A DNA stretch of 61,731 bases, counting the filler. It is 8 parts of 8 records of this genome, joined end to end, with 100 filler letters (N's around TTAATTAATTAA, not from the genome) between each part and the next. Parts side by side here need not be neighbours in the genome. Positions count along the whole stretch, not along the records: positions 5,192 to 15,901 come from SRR31147125_31915; positions 16,002 to 23,520 come from SRR31147125_31939; 6 more parts are not named here. The stretch is one strand, 5' to 3'. The notes beneath the pieces were generated by a model. The model was given only the letters and a program-made list of their open reading frames with translations, was not told the DNA's origin and searched no databases. Positions 10,109 to 21,710 of the stretch are shown here, in pieces. The translations under genes and the position numbers were made by a program. Within the stretch, counting starts at the first letter, position 1; every line of letters starts with the position of its first letter.

Positions 10109-11389
10109 ATGAAATTTGAAAAATTAGAGAATAATCGTGGTAAATTCACGTTTGAAGTAACACCTGAAGAATTCGAACATGCATTAGATCACGCATTTGC
10201 ACATGTTGCACAAGATTTAGAATTAAAAGGTTTTAGAAAAGGTAAAGTACCTAGAAATGTATATGAAACTAAGTTTGGTGTTGAATCACTGTATGAAGAA
10301 GCAGTTAATCATGCATTAAACCATAAATATTATGAAGTTAGACAAAATCCAGAGTATGGATTTATTGGTGAACCTCAAGTTGATGTTGATTTTGCTTCAA
10401 TCTCAAGAGAAAAAGCATTTAATGTTTCATTAATCTTTGAATTAAAACCTGAAGTTACATTAGGTGAATATAAAGGTATTGAAGTCGCAAAAGAAGCAGT
10501 TGAAGTTACTGATAAAGATGTTGATTTTTCAATTGATCAATTACTTGCAGAAAAATCTGAATTAGTTGTTGTTGAAAAAGCGATTGAAAATGGCATGACA
10601 GCAATCTTTGATTTTGAAGGTTTTGTTGATGGTGAAGCATTTGAAGGCGGTAAAGCTGAAAATTACACACTTGAAATTGGTTCAAATCAATTTATCCCTG
10701 GTTTTGAAGCGCAAATGATCGGTTTAAAAGCTGGAGATCAAAAAGATTTAAATGTTACATTCCCTGAACAATATCAAGCTGAAAACTTAGCTGGTAAAGA
10801 TGCAGTGTTTAAAGTTTCAGTTCATGAAGTTAAAGAAAAAACTCTTCCAGAATTAAATGATGAATTTGTTTCATCACTTGATAGAGAAGATGCAAAAACT
10901 GTTGCAGAATTAAAAACAGCAACAAAACAAAAATTAGAAGCTGAAAAATTAGAACAAGCGAAAGCTAAAGAAAATGAAGCAGTTATTTCTAAAGTTGTTG
11001 AAGCAAGTGTTGTTGAAGTACCTCAAACAATGGTTGAAACAGAATTTGTTCAATATAGAGAACAATTAAAAGAACAAGCAAAACAATATGGACTTGATTT
11101 TGAAATGTATTTACAATTTTCTGGTTTAACTCCAGAATCATTTGAAGAGCAAGCTAGAAAAGATGCTGAAGCTAGACTTAAAGTGACTTTAGTGATTGAA
11201 GCAATTGCTAAAGCTGAAGATTTCAGTGTATCAGATGAAGAGTTAGTTGCAAGAAAAGAAAAACTTGCAGGTATGTATAATTTAAAAGTTGAAGATATCG
11301 ATAAATATTTAACTAAAAATATGATTGAATTAGATATTAAAAACGAAAAAGCATACAATTTAGTGCTTGATTCAGCAAAACGCGTTTAA
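10109..11389 (+). CDS. tig: Trigger factor
   Basis: GFRKGKVP ribosome-binding motif; FKBP domain FEGG...IGSNQFIPGFE. Confidence 0.98.
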   Translation: MKFEKLENNRGKFTFEVTPEEFEHALDHAFAHVAQDLELKGFRKGKVPRNVYETKFGVESLYEEAVNHALNHKYYEVRQNPEYGFIGEPQVDVDFASISREKAFNVSLIFELKPEVTLGEYKGIEVAKEAVEVTDKDVDFSIDQLLAEKSELVVVEKAIENGMTAIFDFEGFVDGEAFEGGKAENYTLEIGSNQFIPGFEAQMIGLKAGDQKDLNVTFPEQYQAENLAGKDAVFKVSVHEVKEKTLPELNDEFVSSLDREDAKTVAELKTATKQKLEAEKLEQAKAKENEAVISKVVEASVVEVPQTMVETEFVQYREQLKEQAKQYGLDFEMYLQFSGLTPESFEEQARKDAEARLKVTLVIEAIAKAEDFSVSDEELVARKEKLAGMYNLKVEDIDKYLTKNMIELDIKNEKAYNLVLDSAKRV

Positions 11390-11433
11390 TTTATTGATAA
11401 ATAGCGTATAATTAAGAATAAATTATGTGATTT

Positions 11434-11466
11434 AACAAGGGAAACCCATAATTTCCCTTGTTTTTA
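11434..11466 (+). terminator. Intrinsic terminator after tig
   Basis: aacaagggaaa-loop-tttcccttgtt followed by T tract. Confidence 0.8.
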
Positions 11467-11475
11467 TATAATAAA

Positions 11476-11502
11476 TTGGCACTCTTGTATAAAGATTGCA
11501 AA
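11476..11502 (+). promoter_or_regulatory. CIRCE (HrcA operator) upstream of lon
   Basis: TTGGCACTC-N9-GATTGCAAA versus consensus TTAGCACTC-N9-GAGTGCTAA; overlaps -35 TTGCAA; extended -10 TGCTATAAT at 11515-11523. Confidence 0.75.
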
Positions 11503-11555
11503 TTGTAAAAAAAGTGCTATAATAATTATGAAAGATAAAAAAAGGATGTGAAATT

Positions 11556-13865
11556 ATGGAACTATCTAAAAGCTTACCAGCATTAGTCGTTAGAGGCGTA
11601 ACACCAATCCCTCACAATGATATTCGAATCGAAGTTGGTCGTACGATCTCTTTAAAAGCAATGGAAGAAGCAGAAAGAAATTTTGGTTCTTTTGCGATTG
11701 TTTTATTACAAAAAAATCCGTTAATTGAAAAACCGGATTTAGAAGATATGGAAGACTATGGACTTTTAGTTAAAGTACAAATGAAAATAAAACTTCCAAA
11801 TGGATCATATAAAACAAAATTACAAATTTTAAATCGTGTGAAAATCACTGATTATTTTGTAACGGAGCCATATTATGTGGTTGAATATGAAGAATTAGAA
11901 ACTATCATCGGTGATCCAGCAGAAGAAAAAACATTAATGAAAATGGTGATTGATGAAGTACATAAAGGCGAGCAAGTACTCCTTCATTCAAATAAACAAG
12001 TCATTGATCGTATGACACAAGGTGTATCAAGCGAAAAAGTTGCAGATATTGTAGCAAACGGTCTTAAAATTAATGAACCTGATAAACTTAAATATGTTAA
12101 AGAATTAGATCTAAACAAACGTTTTAGATATTTGCTCGAAGATATGAATCGTTTAAAAATGATTGTTGATCTTGAACAAAAGATTAATGATGACATTAAA
12201 CAATCGATTGATGAAAATCAAAAAGAATATTATTTAAGAGAAAAAATGCGTGCCATTCAAAATGAATTAGGCGATAAAGCGAAAAAAGAAACAGAAATTG
12301 ATGAGTTAAGAGATAAAATCTTAAAAGCGAAAATGCCAAAATCTACCGAAGAGAAAGCATTAAAAGAACTTGCAAGATTTCAATCAACACCAACTGCAAT
12401 GGCTGAATCTTCAATTATTAAAAACTATCTTGATTTACTTGTAGAACTTCCATGGAAGAAAGCATCTAGAGATAATTATAAACTTGATAAAGTTAAAGAA
12501 AAACTTGATCAAAATCATTATGCACTTGATAAAGTCAAAGAACGTATTATTGAGTATCTTGCTGTTAAGATTATGACCAAACGTAATCCACAGACTATTT
12601 TGTGTTTAGCAGGTCCTCCAGGTGTTGGTAAAACATCACTTGCAATATCGATTGCTGAAGCTCTAAATCGTAAATTTGTTAAACAATCACTTGGTGGTGT
12701 AAGAGATGAATCAGAAATTAGAGGACACAGAAGAACATATATTGGTGCGATGCCTGGACGTATTGTTAAGGGTATGAAAGATGCGGGTACAGTTAACCCA
12801 GTGTTCTTACTTGATGAAATTGATAAAATGTCATCAGATTTTAAAGGTGATCCAGCATCAGCGATGCTTGAAGTCCTTGATCCAGAGCAAAACTCAAAAT
12901 TTAGTGATCATTACTTAGAAGAACCTTATGATTTATCACAAGTATTATTTATTACAACTGCAAACTATTTAGAAAATGTGCCTGCGCCTTTAAGAGATCG
13001 TATGGAAATCGTTAATTTAAGTAGTTATACAGAACAAGAAAAATTTCAAATTGCTAGATTACACTTAATCCGTAAACAATTAAAAGCTCATGGATTAAAA
13101 GAAGCACAATTTTCTGTATCAGATGAAGCTATTTATAGCATCATTAGACATTACACCAGAGAAGCTGGTGTACGTGAATTAAGCAGATATATCGGTGCTT
13201 TAATTAGAAAAGCGATTAAAGAAATCTTATTAGAAAAAGTTGATCATGTACACATTGATGAAAATAATTTATCTGATTATGTCGGTAAACCTAGATTTAC
13301 TCACAATATCGCTGATGAAAAAGAGCAAGTCGGTGTAGTTACAGGTCTTGCTTACACAGCATTTGGTGGCGATACCTTATCTGTCGAGGTGACTTACTAT
13401 AAAGGTAGAGGTAACTTGGTATTAACGGGTAAACTTGGTGATGTGATGAAAGAAAGTGCACAAACTGCACTATCATTTGTTAAAGCCAATGCACAATCAC
13501 TTGATATTGACCCTGATATCTTTAAAGATAATGATTTCCATGTCCATGTGCCAGAAGGTGCTATTCCAAAAGATGGACCATCTGCAGGGATTACAATGGC
13601 AACTGCCATTGCATCAGCTGCAAGTAAACGTCTTGTTAAGAAAAACCTTGGTATGACAGGTGAAATTACTCTAAGAGGTTATGTATTGCCTATTGGTGGA
13701 TTAAAAGAAAAATCAATTGCTGCACATCGCTCAGGACTTAAAACAATTTTAATTCCTAAAGAGAATGAAAAAGATATTGATGATATCCCTCAAGAAGTTA
13801 GAGATAAACTTAAAATTATCCCAGTGGATGATGTCACACAAGTATTTAATTTAGCATTAAAATAG
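11556..13865 (+). CDS. lon: ATP-dependent protease La (LonA)
   Basis: [34 protein letters not shown] catalytic Ser. Confidence 0.98.
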   Translation: MELSKSLPALVVRGVTPIPHNDIRIEVGRTISLKAMEEAERNFGSFAIVLLQKNPLIEKPDLEDMEDYGLLVKVQMKIKLPNGSYKTKLQILNRVKITDYFVTEPYYVVEYEELETIIGDPAEEKTLMKMVIDEVHKGEQVLLHSNKQVIDRMTQGVSSEKVADIVANGLKINEPDKLKYVKELDLNKRFRYLLEDMNRLKMIVDLEQKINDDIKQSIDENQKEYYLREKMRAIQNELGDKAKKETEIDELRDKILKAKMPKSTEEKALKELARFQSTPTAMAESSIIKNYLDLLVELPWKKASRDNYKLDKVKEKLDQNHYALDKVKERIIEYLAVKIMTKRNPQTILCLAGPPGVGKTSLAISIAEALNRKFVKQSLGGVRDESEIRGHRRTYIGAMPGRIVKGMKDAGTVNPVFLLDEIDKMSSDFKGDPASAMLEVLDPEQNSKFSDHYLEEPYDLSQVLFITTANYLENVPAPLRDRMEIVNLSSYTEQEKFQIARLHLIRKQLKAHGLKEAQFSVSDEAIYSIIRHYTREAGVRELSRYIGALIRKAIKEILLEKVDHVHIDENNLSDYVGKPRFTHNIADEKEQVGVVTGLAYTAFGGDTLSVEVTYYKGRGNLVLTGKLGDVMKESAQTALSFVKANAQSLDIDPDIFKDNDFHVHVPEGAIPKDGPSAGITMATAIASAASKRLVKKNLGMTGEITLRGYVLPIGGLKEKSIAAHRSGLKTILIPKENEKDIDDIPQEVRDKLKIIPVDDVTQVFNLALK

Positions 13866-13873
13866 TGTATAAT

Positions 13874-13901
13874 AAAAGTAGCCAAAAATGGCTACTTTTT
13901 T
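13874..13901 (+). terminator. Intrinsic terminator after lon
   Basis: aaaagtagcc-loop-ggctactttttt. Confidence 0.7.
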
Positions 13902-13916
13902 ATAAGGAGTTAATCG

Positions 13917-14492
13917 ATGTTTAATCATTCAGAATATATAAAAAGCGCAGAATTTAATAGTCAACGACCAAGTGATCTACCGCAAGTGTTATTACTCGGC
14001 AGATCGAATGTCGGCAAGAGTTCTTTCATCAATGGCTTATGCAATCGTAAGAATCTTGCAAGAATTTCCTCTACACCGGGTAAAACTGTACTCATGAACT
14101 TTTATTTAGTTGATGAAATGTTTTATATTGTAGATGCACCCGGTTATGGTTATGCAAGAAGATCAAAAGTCATGCAACAAAAATTTGTTGAGATGATTGA
14201 TGGTTTTTTGCATGAGAGTGAACAACTTAAAATGATATGTTTACTCATTGATTTTAAAGTTGGGCCTACTGTTGAAGATATTGAAATGTATGAGTATTTG
14301 ATGTCAATGGGACTACCTGTCTTAGTGATAGCGACAAAACTTGATAAAATACCTTCAACAAAAAGATACAAACAAGATAAAAAGATTAAAGAATTACTTG
14401 GAAATCCTACACAATACATTAAAGTCAGTAGTGTTAAAAAGATAAATTTAAATCTTGTTCAACAATATATATATGATAGGGTGCAACCATAA
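13917..14492 (+). CDS. engB: Ribosome biogenesis GTPase YihA/YsxC
   Basis: [25 protein letters not shown]; follows lon. Confidence 0.95.
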   Translation: MFNHSEYIKSAEFNSQRPSDLPQVLLLGRSNVGKSSFINGLCNRKNLARISSTPGKTVLMNFYLVDEMFYIVDAPGYGYARRSKVMQQKFVEMIDGFLHESEQLKMICLLIDFKVGPTVEDIEMYEYLMSMGLPVLVIATKLDKIPSTKRYKQDKKIKELLGNPTQYIKVSSVKKINLNLVQQYIYDRVQP

Positions 14493-14511
14493 AATATATA
14501 TAGGAGCTTTT

Positions 14512-15678
14512 ATGAAAATTGCGGTTGCAGGTTTAGGGTATGTTGGGTTGGCTAATGCAGTATTATTAGCACAACATCATGAAGTGATAGCTTATGATCT
14601 TATACATGAGAAAGTTAATTTGGTCAATCATAAGAAATCACCCATTTATGATAAAGAAATTAGTGAGTTTCTAACACATAAACGATTAAATCTATGTGCA
14701 ACCATTGACCAAAAGCATGCCATTTCACATGCATCATATGTTATTATTGCAACCCCTACAAATTATGATCCAGTGAAGAACTATTTTGATACACGCTCTG
14801 TTGAAGCTGTCATTAAAGATGTAAAAACAATAAATCCAGATGCTGTAATGATTATTAAATCAACAGTCCCTGTTGGTTTTATTAAAGATGCACAGAAAAG
14901 ACTAGATACAAAAAACATTATCTTTTCACCAGAGTTCTTAAGAGAAGGACGTGCATTATATGATAACTTATATCCTTCACGTATCGTTATTGGAGAACAA
15001 TCAGATAGAGCTAAAGTGTTTGCAAATCTTTTATTAGAAGGCGCAATTAAAAAAGATGTTGATGTGTTATTTACAGATTCAACAGAAGCTGAAGCTATTA
15101 AATTGTTTTCTAATACATATTTAGCACTAAGAGTTGCATATTTTAATGAATTAGATTCTTATGCTGAAATCAGAGGATTAAACACAAAACAAATTATTGA
15201 TGGTGTAGGCCTTGATCCTAGAATTGGTACACATTATAATAATCCATCATTTGGTTATGGTGGGTATTGTCTACCAAAAGATACCAAGCAATTACTTGCA
15301 AACTATGAAGATGTACCTCAAAATTTAATGACTGCTATTGTCGATGCGAATCGTACAAGAAAAGATCATATTGCAGAACAAATTATTAAAAGAAATCCTA
15401 AGGTAGTAGGTATATATCGCCTAACCATGAAATCTGGTTCTGATAATTTTAGACAATCTGCCATTCAAGGTATTATGAAACGCATTAAAGCCAAAGGCAT
15501 AGAAGTGATTGTTTATGAACCAGAATTAAATGAATCTTTATTCTTTAATTCAAAAGTTTATAAAGATTTAAACGCATTTAAACAAGCATCTGATGTGATT
15601 GTTGTCAATCGTCTAACACAAGATGTTAGTGATTGTTTAGATAAAGTGTATACAAGAGATTTATTTCATAATAATTAA
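14512..15678 (+). CDS. ugd: UDP-glucose 6-dehydrogenase
   Basis: Start [12 protein letters not shown] after [28 protein letters not shown]. Confidence 0.95.
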   Translation: MKIAVAGLGYVGLANAVLLAQHHEVIAYDLIHEKVNLVNHKKSPIYDKEISEFLTHKRLNLCATIDQKHAISHASYVIIATPTNYDPVKNYFDTRSVEAVIKDVKTINPDAVMIIKSTVPVGFIKDAQKRLDTKNIIFSPEFLREGRALYDNLYPSRIVIGEQSDRAKVFANLLLEGAIKKDVDVLFTDSTEAEAIKLFSNTYLALRVAYFNELDSYAEIRGLNTKQIIDGVGLDPRIGTHYNNPSFGYGGYCLPKDTKQLLANYEDVPQNLMTAIVDANRTRKDHIAEQIIKRNPKVVGIYRLTMKSGSDNFRQSAIQGIMKRIKAKGIEVIVYEPELNESLFFNSKVYKDLNAFKQASDVIVVNRLTQDVSDCLDKVYTRDLFHNN

Positions 15679-15717
15679 TCAATTGTATATTATTAAAAAC
15701 TATGTTAATATATGATT

Positions 15718-15901
15718 AAAGCAATGACCTAGAGGAGTAGTATATAAGATCATTTAAAGAGACGAATGGAATGGTGGAACCATTTGATTGATATATATAT
15801 GAAGGTAGCTAGTGAGCTTAGATAGTGAAATGAAGTAGTTATCTACGTCAATCTGCGTTAAAGATTTAAGTGCTAGAATTTATTCTAGAACTAAGGTGGT
15901 A
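15718..15901 (+). ncRNA. T-box riboswitch leader (3' truncated), probable Val specifier GUA
   Basis: GA motif, AGTA/GAA loop-E, AGAGA box, GGTGGAA loop, specifier loop GAAG-GTA-G (15805-15807), T-box AAGGTGGTA at 15893-15901. Confidence 0.85.
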
Positions 15902-16001
15902 NNNNNNNNNNNNNNNNNNNNNNNNNNNNNNNNNNNNNNNNNNNNTTAATTAATTAANNNNNNNNNNNNNNNNNNNNNNNNNNNNNNNNNNNNNNNNNNN
16001 N
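15902..16001. other. Artificial contig linker
   Basis: N-run + TTAATTAATTAA + N-run. Confidence 0.98.
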
Positions 16002-17025
16002 GGGGAAACCTCCTCAAAACCATGGACTTTCTTTTCTGGAATCTCAATTGGGAAATCACCAAATTTAGTTACAGAATACAATTCACCATCCTGATCAAAA
16101 AAAGTGGGGAATAATGCAAGTCGTCTTTCAAATGGATGTTTTACAGAAACACTTACGGTTCCCATGTGCCAATAATTTCCATATTTATCTTTGAAAGTAC
16201 TTCCATGTCCGGCACCAGCTGCAAAGCCTTCAGGTCTATAAGCAAAAGGATTGTGTTCTGCGATAGTGTATGGTCCCAAAGGTTGATCGGCAACATAAAC
16301 ACCATCCGAGTAACTTTTATATTCAGTTCCAGGACCTGAATATTGCAGGTAATATTTTCCTTTGTATTTATTCATCCAAGCACCTTCAATCCAGGGATGA
16401 TTGTTGATACGCTCATTGTAATCACCAGGAACTTCCCATCCGTGATCTTCCGTTTTAGCCAGGATAAATTCACTTGGTTTTCCAATCAGATTAAAGTTAT
16501 TTTGATAATCCAGTTCAATTCCCTTAATTGGAAATCTGTGTGAACACTCCCAATACAAATACAAACGCTTATCATCATCTAAAAAGAAGGCAGGATCCCA
16601 AACCGCAACATCTAGAGAGTCTTTTGCAATTTGCCATTTGCCGGATAACGGATCTCCTGATTTGTAGATTGTACTTTTTTTCTGGATGAAGCAAGAAAAT
16701 ACAGTGTATCGTTTAGTTCAATTGCTGTTGGTGCATATTCCTCAGTTGGAATTTCATCGGTCTCAACAAAAACCCATTCTGCCAAATTATTTGAATGCCA
16801 ATAGCCACCAGACTTTGATGCAAACAAATAATATCGGTCTTTAAAATAAACAACTGTAGGATCAGCTGCTTCCCTTCTTGACGAACCTTCTAATTGAAAC
16901 CGGTAATCTAAATCCAATGGATTGCAGAATGTGTTAACCGTTTCTTTTTCATTTTCTTGTTTCTGATTGCAGCTCAACAGAGCTGAAAAAAAAACTAGGG
17001 ACAATAAAGGAAGATAAAATCGCAT
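16002..17025 (-). CDS. GH43-family glycoside hydrolase lipoprotein; frameshift at 16675-16681; 3' truncated
   Basis: Lipobox LLSC, CNPLDLDYRF, REAADP, WDPAFF, WIEG, GAGHG; one extra A in the A7 run joins ORFs 16612-17070 and 15950-16564. Confidence 0.8.
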
Positions 17026-17035
17026 TTTTATATTT

Positions 17036-19588
17036 TTAATATTCATACTTTTTAACATCAATGATTCCAAATTTCACATCAATAAATGGCTCGCCATTTT
17101 TAACTCCTGCCAGTCCCCAACCGGTATTGGCTGAAATAAAAGACTGGAAGTCACCTTCTATTCGTGGGTTAATTGAAAGTGTCCTGCTAACGGCATCATA
17201 TCGGATTCCTGCCAGACCTTCAATTAAACCATAACTGGCCATTGCCCTTGCATACCAATGTCCGCATTCATATTCATTGAAAGGATTCCGTTTTGTACCA
17301 TCGTAACGGGTGCGAACCGCACGGACAATATCCAGTGCTTTGTCCACTTCACCCAAAAGCATCAAGTGTGATGCGACCTGGTATTCAATTCCCGTCCAAA
17401 CTTCATTACTATAAACAAAAGGCAATGAAAGCTTCCCACCTTTTGGCCACGAACAAAGCAGCAATCCAGCATCGTCACCAAATGCATACGATGGTCTTTG
17501 CGGATTGACATGATCGTTTAAATCTGTCTTAAAATTGTATTTGTATACCGAGTTTAAATGACTCTTGAGCTTCTCATTATCAATAAAATCAGGAAGACCT
17601 GCCATTTGGGCAATCCAACAACCCAATACGCCATCGGACAAACATCCTGTTCCATATTGATATTTTGGTCCTTCTTTTTGAAGTAGTTCTAAAGCCTCAT
17701 CAGAATATTTTCCGCCGATTGAGTTTTGAGAAGCAGCGACAGGATCATCAGCTTCCAAACCAGTATATTGTATTTTCTGAATGAAATATTCGCCATTAAA
17801 CAGTTCACTTTCATAAAACGTTTTTCCCTTTTCAAATAACTCCTGATAAAATGAGACATCTTCCCCAAGTTCTGAACCCATTTCTGTAATGGCCACTAGT
17901 GCACCCAGATAAAAACTGTTGCACATACCGTCAGGTCCCCAGAATTCAATATCGTAAGTATTGTGATGGGGCTCTTCCAATATCCCCTTCTTTTTGGGGT
18001 CCCATTCCTGGATACAATAGTCCAAACTTTGTTTCACTGCCGGATAAAGCTTTTTCATCCATTTGGTATCACCAGAAATCCGCCACTCCCGGTAAGCTTT
18101 CATGATCCCGCCCAATTGACCATCTGATGCTGCATACCAAGAATGAGAGGGTTCTTTTATTGGCAAGGTCGACCTGAAATTTTGATGCCCCAATGCATTT
18201 TGGCTGTTAAAAAATTCTGTTTCCCGTAAGGAACGCTCCATGTCCGGGAATAAGTGTGGAATCGATTGTGCATAATTCCAAACATGTGTACATGATCCCG
18301 GGCAACAGCCTTGTTTATCAAAACATCCTTCCCATCCCCAAAGCCTTCCGTCTTTTTGACGAAGTACCGTGGGGGACTTTAAAATGGTAAGGTTAGCAGC
18401 TACAGCTTCAAGCACTTCGGCAGGTAACGAGCTGGAGTAAAAAGTTTCCTGGAACAGATCGCTCTTTTCCCGCAGGTCGTCATAATGAATCGTCCAATAC
18501 CGGATCAATTCTTCAATATTTTTAAATTGCCCCGAATACCAAGGTTCATAATACGTATCACTCAAATCCGGACAACAATCCGATCCGGGCTTACAGTCTT
18601 TAGCAGACTGGGATGTTTGCTCAATGGGGGGAAGTCCACTACGGACTTCGGAATGAGGCACGTACCATGCCATTTTAAGTTTCACTGTTTTACTTTCTCC
18701 GGGTTTAAGGCTGAACGGTACATACAACGATGCCCCCGGTGAATTTTCAGTGACCGTATCTGATTCAAAAGTAAAGTTTGACAGGTCATTCCAGAAGATT
18801 GTCCTGGCATCGAACCATCCACCCCGGAACCAACATAGGTCAACAACCGTTTCCGCATCATCTGTAAAAATGGCAAAATCTCCTTTATAATGGGGCTTAT
18901 CCGGGAAACATTTTTGACTAAGCAAAAAGCCATTCGAGATCCCTAAAATTGAACTTCCTTCATCGTAAGTGCCCCCCAAAATCGAGGGCAGCTCCATTTG
19001 CATTAAATTTTCTGCATGGTATGAAAATGCAGCTTCCAGATTATCCCTACTTGTATTCGTAAATGTATATTCAAGAGCAATCAATGGCATACTGGAATTA
19101 TCAGCATCAGTAGGAATAAATGGACTCCATCCGGTAATCTTAACATCCATCGGGATATCATCATCCTTCAAACTGACTTCACCAAATGGGAACTGTGCTT
19201 TGAAAATGGCACTGTTAAAATGTGGAAGTCCAAAATTTGTGAATTTAGCACCATTCCCCCAGTTATTAACATCTCCAATCTTCCAATCAGGAATAGGCCC
19301 CTCCAATACTTTTGTGCCATTCTCAATTCCTTTTACAGATAACGCTGCAGTTAAAAATGGAGTATTCTTAATGTCTGGCTTGTTCCGAACAGAAACGTGT
19401 GAAATTGCTCCAGTACCTTCCAAACAGATCATCCCAGCACCCATGCCGCCCATTGGAAAAGCTATTTTATTTAAATTTGCCCCTGAATATTCTTCGTTAT
19501 ACTGTCTCGATGAGATCTTTTGGCTCTCATTACAGGCAACAAATACTTGGGATACGATAACGATTGCGTATACAAGTTGGGTTTTCAT
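17036..19588 (-). CDS. GH116 family glycoside hydrolase (GBA2-like)
   Basis: FPMGGMGAG, WSPFIP, GSCTHVWNY, HNTYDIEF, EVWTGIEY, NPFNEYECGHWYAR. Confidence 0.9.
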   Translation of the reverse strand: MKTQLVYAIVIVSQVFVACNESQKISSRQYNEEYSGANLNKIAFPMGGMGAGMICLEGTGAISHVSVRNKPDIKNTPFLTAALSVKGIENGTKVLEGPIPDWKIGDVNNWGNGAKFTNFGLPHFNSAIFKAQFPFGEVSLKDDDIPMDVKITGWSPFIPTDADNSSMPLIALEYTFTNTSRDNLEAAFSYHAENLMQMELPSILGGTYDEGSSILGISNGFLLSQKCFPDKPHYKGDFAIFTDDAETVVDLCWFRGGWFDARTIFWNDLSNFTFESDTVTENSPGASLYVPFSLKPGESKTVKLKMAWYVPHSEVRSGLPPIEQTSQSAKDCKPGSDCCPDLSDTYYEPWYSGQFKNIEELIRYWTIHYDDLREKSDLFQETFYSSSLPAEVLEAVAANLTILKSPTVLRQKDGRLWGWEGCFDKQGCCPGSCTHVWNYAQSIPHLFPDMERSLRETEFFNSQNALGHQNFRSTLPIKEPSHSWYAASDGQLGGIMKAYREWRISGDTKWMKKLYPAVKQSLDYCIQEWDPKKKGILEEPHHNTYDIEFWGPDGMCNSFYLGALVAITEMGSELGEDVSFYQELFEKGKTFYESELFNGEYFIQKIQYTGLEADDPVAASQNSIGGKYSDEALELLQKEGPKYQYGTGCLSDGVLGCWIAQMAGLPDFIDNEKLKSHLNSVYKYNFKTDLNDHVNPQRPSYAFGDDAGLLLCSWPKGGKLSLPFVYSNEVWTGIEYQVASHLMLLGEVDKALDIVRAVRTRYDGTKRNPFNEYECGHWYARAMASYGLIEGLAGIRYDAVSRTLSINPRIEGDFQSFISANTGWGLAGVKNGEPFIDVKFGIIDVKKYEY

Positions 19589-19604
19589 GATTTAGGTATT
19601 GGGT

Positions 19605-20993
19605 TTAATATAGGTCAAGTTGGTTAGTAACCGGTTTTAAGGTTTTTCGGTGAGCTTCTACCAGCCCATTAATTTCGGCAATCGCTTCCGGGTGTTCGTC
19701 TGCAAGATCAAACTTCTCTGCCGGGTCAACTTCAAGATCATATAAAAGCGGAGTTTTATGTGCAGTTAAAGGATCATTTCCATATCCGGACTTGGTAAGA
19801 AAGTGTACTTTATACTTTCCCTTACGAACAGCATAAATTTCAGTACCTCGATAATAAAATATTTCTTCCCTTATTAATTTATTTTCACCTTTTAATATTG
19901 GAGAGATATCATAACCATCATAAGTACGGTCATTTGGAACATCAATTCCACTTAACGAACAAAAGGTTGTAAATAAATCCAATGTTGATCCTGTTTGCAT
20001 AACAACACCCGGTTTTACATAGCCAGGTCCCCAGAAAATACCAGGGACCCGCATTCCCCCTTCATATGTTGACCCTTTTCCTCCAGATAGCAAGCCTGCA
20101 GAGCCTCCATGTGTTTTAAATGATAGCCAAGGGCCATTATCTGAAGTAAAAACGACAATCGTATTATTATCAAGTCCGTTATCTTTTAATGCTTTCAACA
20201 CTTGCCCTACACTCCAGTCAAGTTCCTCGATTACATCACCGTAACGTCCTCTTCTGCTTTTATTTTCAAATTCCGTAGATCGAAAAAGAGGCACATGGGG
20301 CATTGCATGAGCAAGGTAAAGAGCAAAAGGTTTATCCTTATTTTGTTCAATGTACTTAACAGCTTCCTTTGTGTAATTTTTAGTTAGTTCAGATTGATTA
20401 GCTTGTTTTTGCACAATTTCACCATTTCGAAAAAGTGAAATCAAAAAGTACTCTTGCTTTGGATTTCTGCAAGACTCCCAATAATCAATATTTGGGTCAC
20501 GATCCATATCGTTGCTGTATTTCAATCCGTAGAAATAATCGAAACCATGACTGGTTGGTAAATGCTCTGGCTGATGACCCAAATGCCACTTGCCAATGCA
20601 AGCCGTACTGTAACCATTTTCATTCAGGATTTTAGCGAAAGTAATTTCAGATGGTGGCAAACCTCCTTTCGATTCGGGAAAAATAACCCGATGCTTATCA
20701 CTACACATCCCATTTCGAATTGGCAAACGACCTGTCATAATTCCAGCACGGCTTGGAGTACAAACCGAAGATGAAACGTAAAAATTTGTCCACTTTTGAC
20801 CTTCTTCTGCCATTTTATCAAGGTTAGGAGTATGAATGGTTGGATGTCCATATGCTCCTATATCTCCATAGCCCATATCATCGCAAAAAATGACAACATA
20901 GTTTGGGGGAATATTTTCATTCTTTACAGAAACTTTACAAGCAGAACAAACACAGAAAGAAACAAAGCATAAAATCACAAACTTACTTTTCAT
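19605..20993 (-). CDS. Arylsulfatase (formylglycine-dependent, S1)
   Basis: DDMGYGD, CTPSRAGIMTGR (CxPxR), GKWHLG, FTSDNG. Confidence 0.95.
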   Translation of the reverse strand: MKSKFVILCFVSFCVCSACKVSVKNENIPPNYVVIFCDDMGYGDIGAYGHPTIHTPNLDKMAEEGQKWTNFYVSSSVCTPSRAGIMTGRLPIRNGMCSDKHRVIFPESKGGLPPSEITFAKILNENGYSTACIGKWHLGHQPEHLPTSHGFDYFYGLKYSNDMDRDPNIDYWESCRNPKQEYFLISLFRNGEIVQKQANQSELTKNYTKEAVKYIEQNKDKPFALYLAHAMPHVPLFRSTEFENKSRRGRYGDVIEELDWSVGQVLKALKDNGLDNNTIVVFTSDNGPWLSFKTHGGSAGLLSGGKGSTYEGGMRVPGIFWGPGYVKPGVVMQTGSTLDLFTTFCSLSGIDVPNDRTYDGYDISPILKGENKLIREEIFYYRGTEIYAVRKGKYKVHFLTKSGYGNDPLTAHKTPLLYDLEVDPAEKFDLADEHPEAIAEINGLVEAHRKTLKPVTNQLDLY

Positions 20994-21031
20994 AGTATAC
21001 TGATTTAGTGAGAATTATCTATTAAAGATAA

Positions 21032-21699
21032 TTATTTCAGGTATGGTTTCATTGCTTCTTGCCAAATCTTATATCCAGTTGAATTTAAATGAAGTAAATC
21101 TTCAAGATAATTCTCATTTACGGGATTTCCTTCGAGCAACATTGGGTTCCAGATATCAATGTAGTCAATGTATTTCTTTCTTGACTGCTTAATTAATTTA
21201 GAATTAAGTGTGAGCATTCCTTCTTTCAATTCCCATCTTCGCGGACTCGGCTTCATTGACAAAAACGAGAACTGCACATCAGGAAACTGCATTCTGGTCC
21301 ATTTAATCAATTCTTTCCCTTCTTTAAAAATCGTTTTTGGAGAATCACCCGCTGCAAGATCATTGCCCCCGACAAATACGACAATCTGACTGGGTTTATA
21401 AGGAAGAATCAATCGTTCTTTAAAATGTAGAATATCACCCATTTGAGCACCTCCAAAACCACGATTTACAATATTTTTTTCCGGGAAATAGTCTTGAACA
21501 TCCGTCCAAATCGTAAACGAAGAGCTTCCAAGCAACAGAATCCCACCTGGTTCCGGCATCATAACAGAGTCTTTTTTCTCATACTTTGTAATAGATGGTC
21601 CCCATTTTACTTCGGGATCATACTGTGCAAAAACGATGTTGCTTGCAAAAACTAATAGTGCAACTAGTGCTAAACTGAATTTTAAGCTATTTTTTTCAT
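21032..21699 (-). CDS. GDSL/SGNH esterase; probable frameshift in A7 run just after the start codon
   Basis: LGSSS, NRGFGG, GGND, DLLH blocks; ATG at 21699 gives signal peptide MKKNSLKFSLALVALL if one A is added. Confidence 0.85.
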
Positions 21700-21710
21700 T
21701 ATACAAAAGT

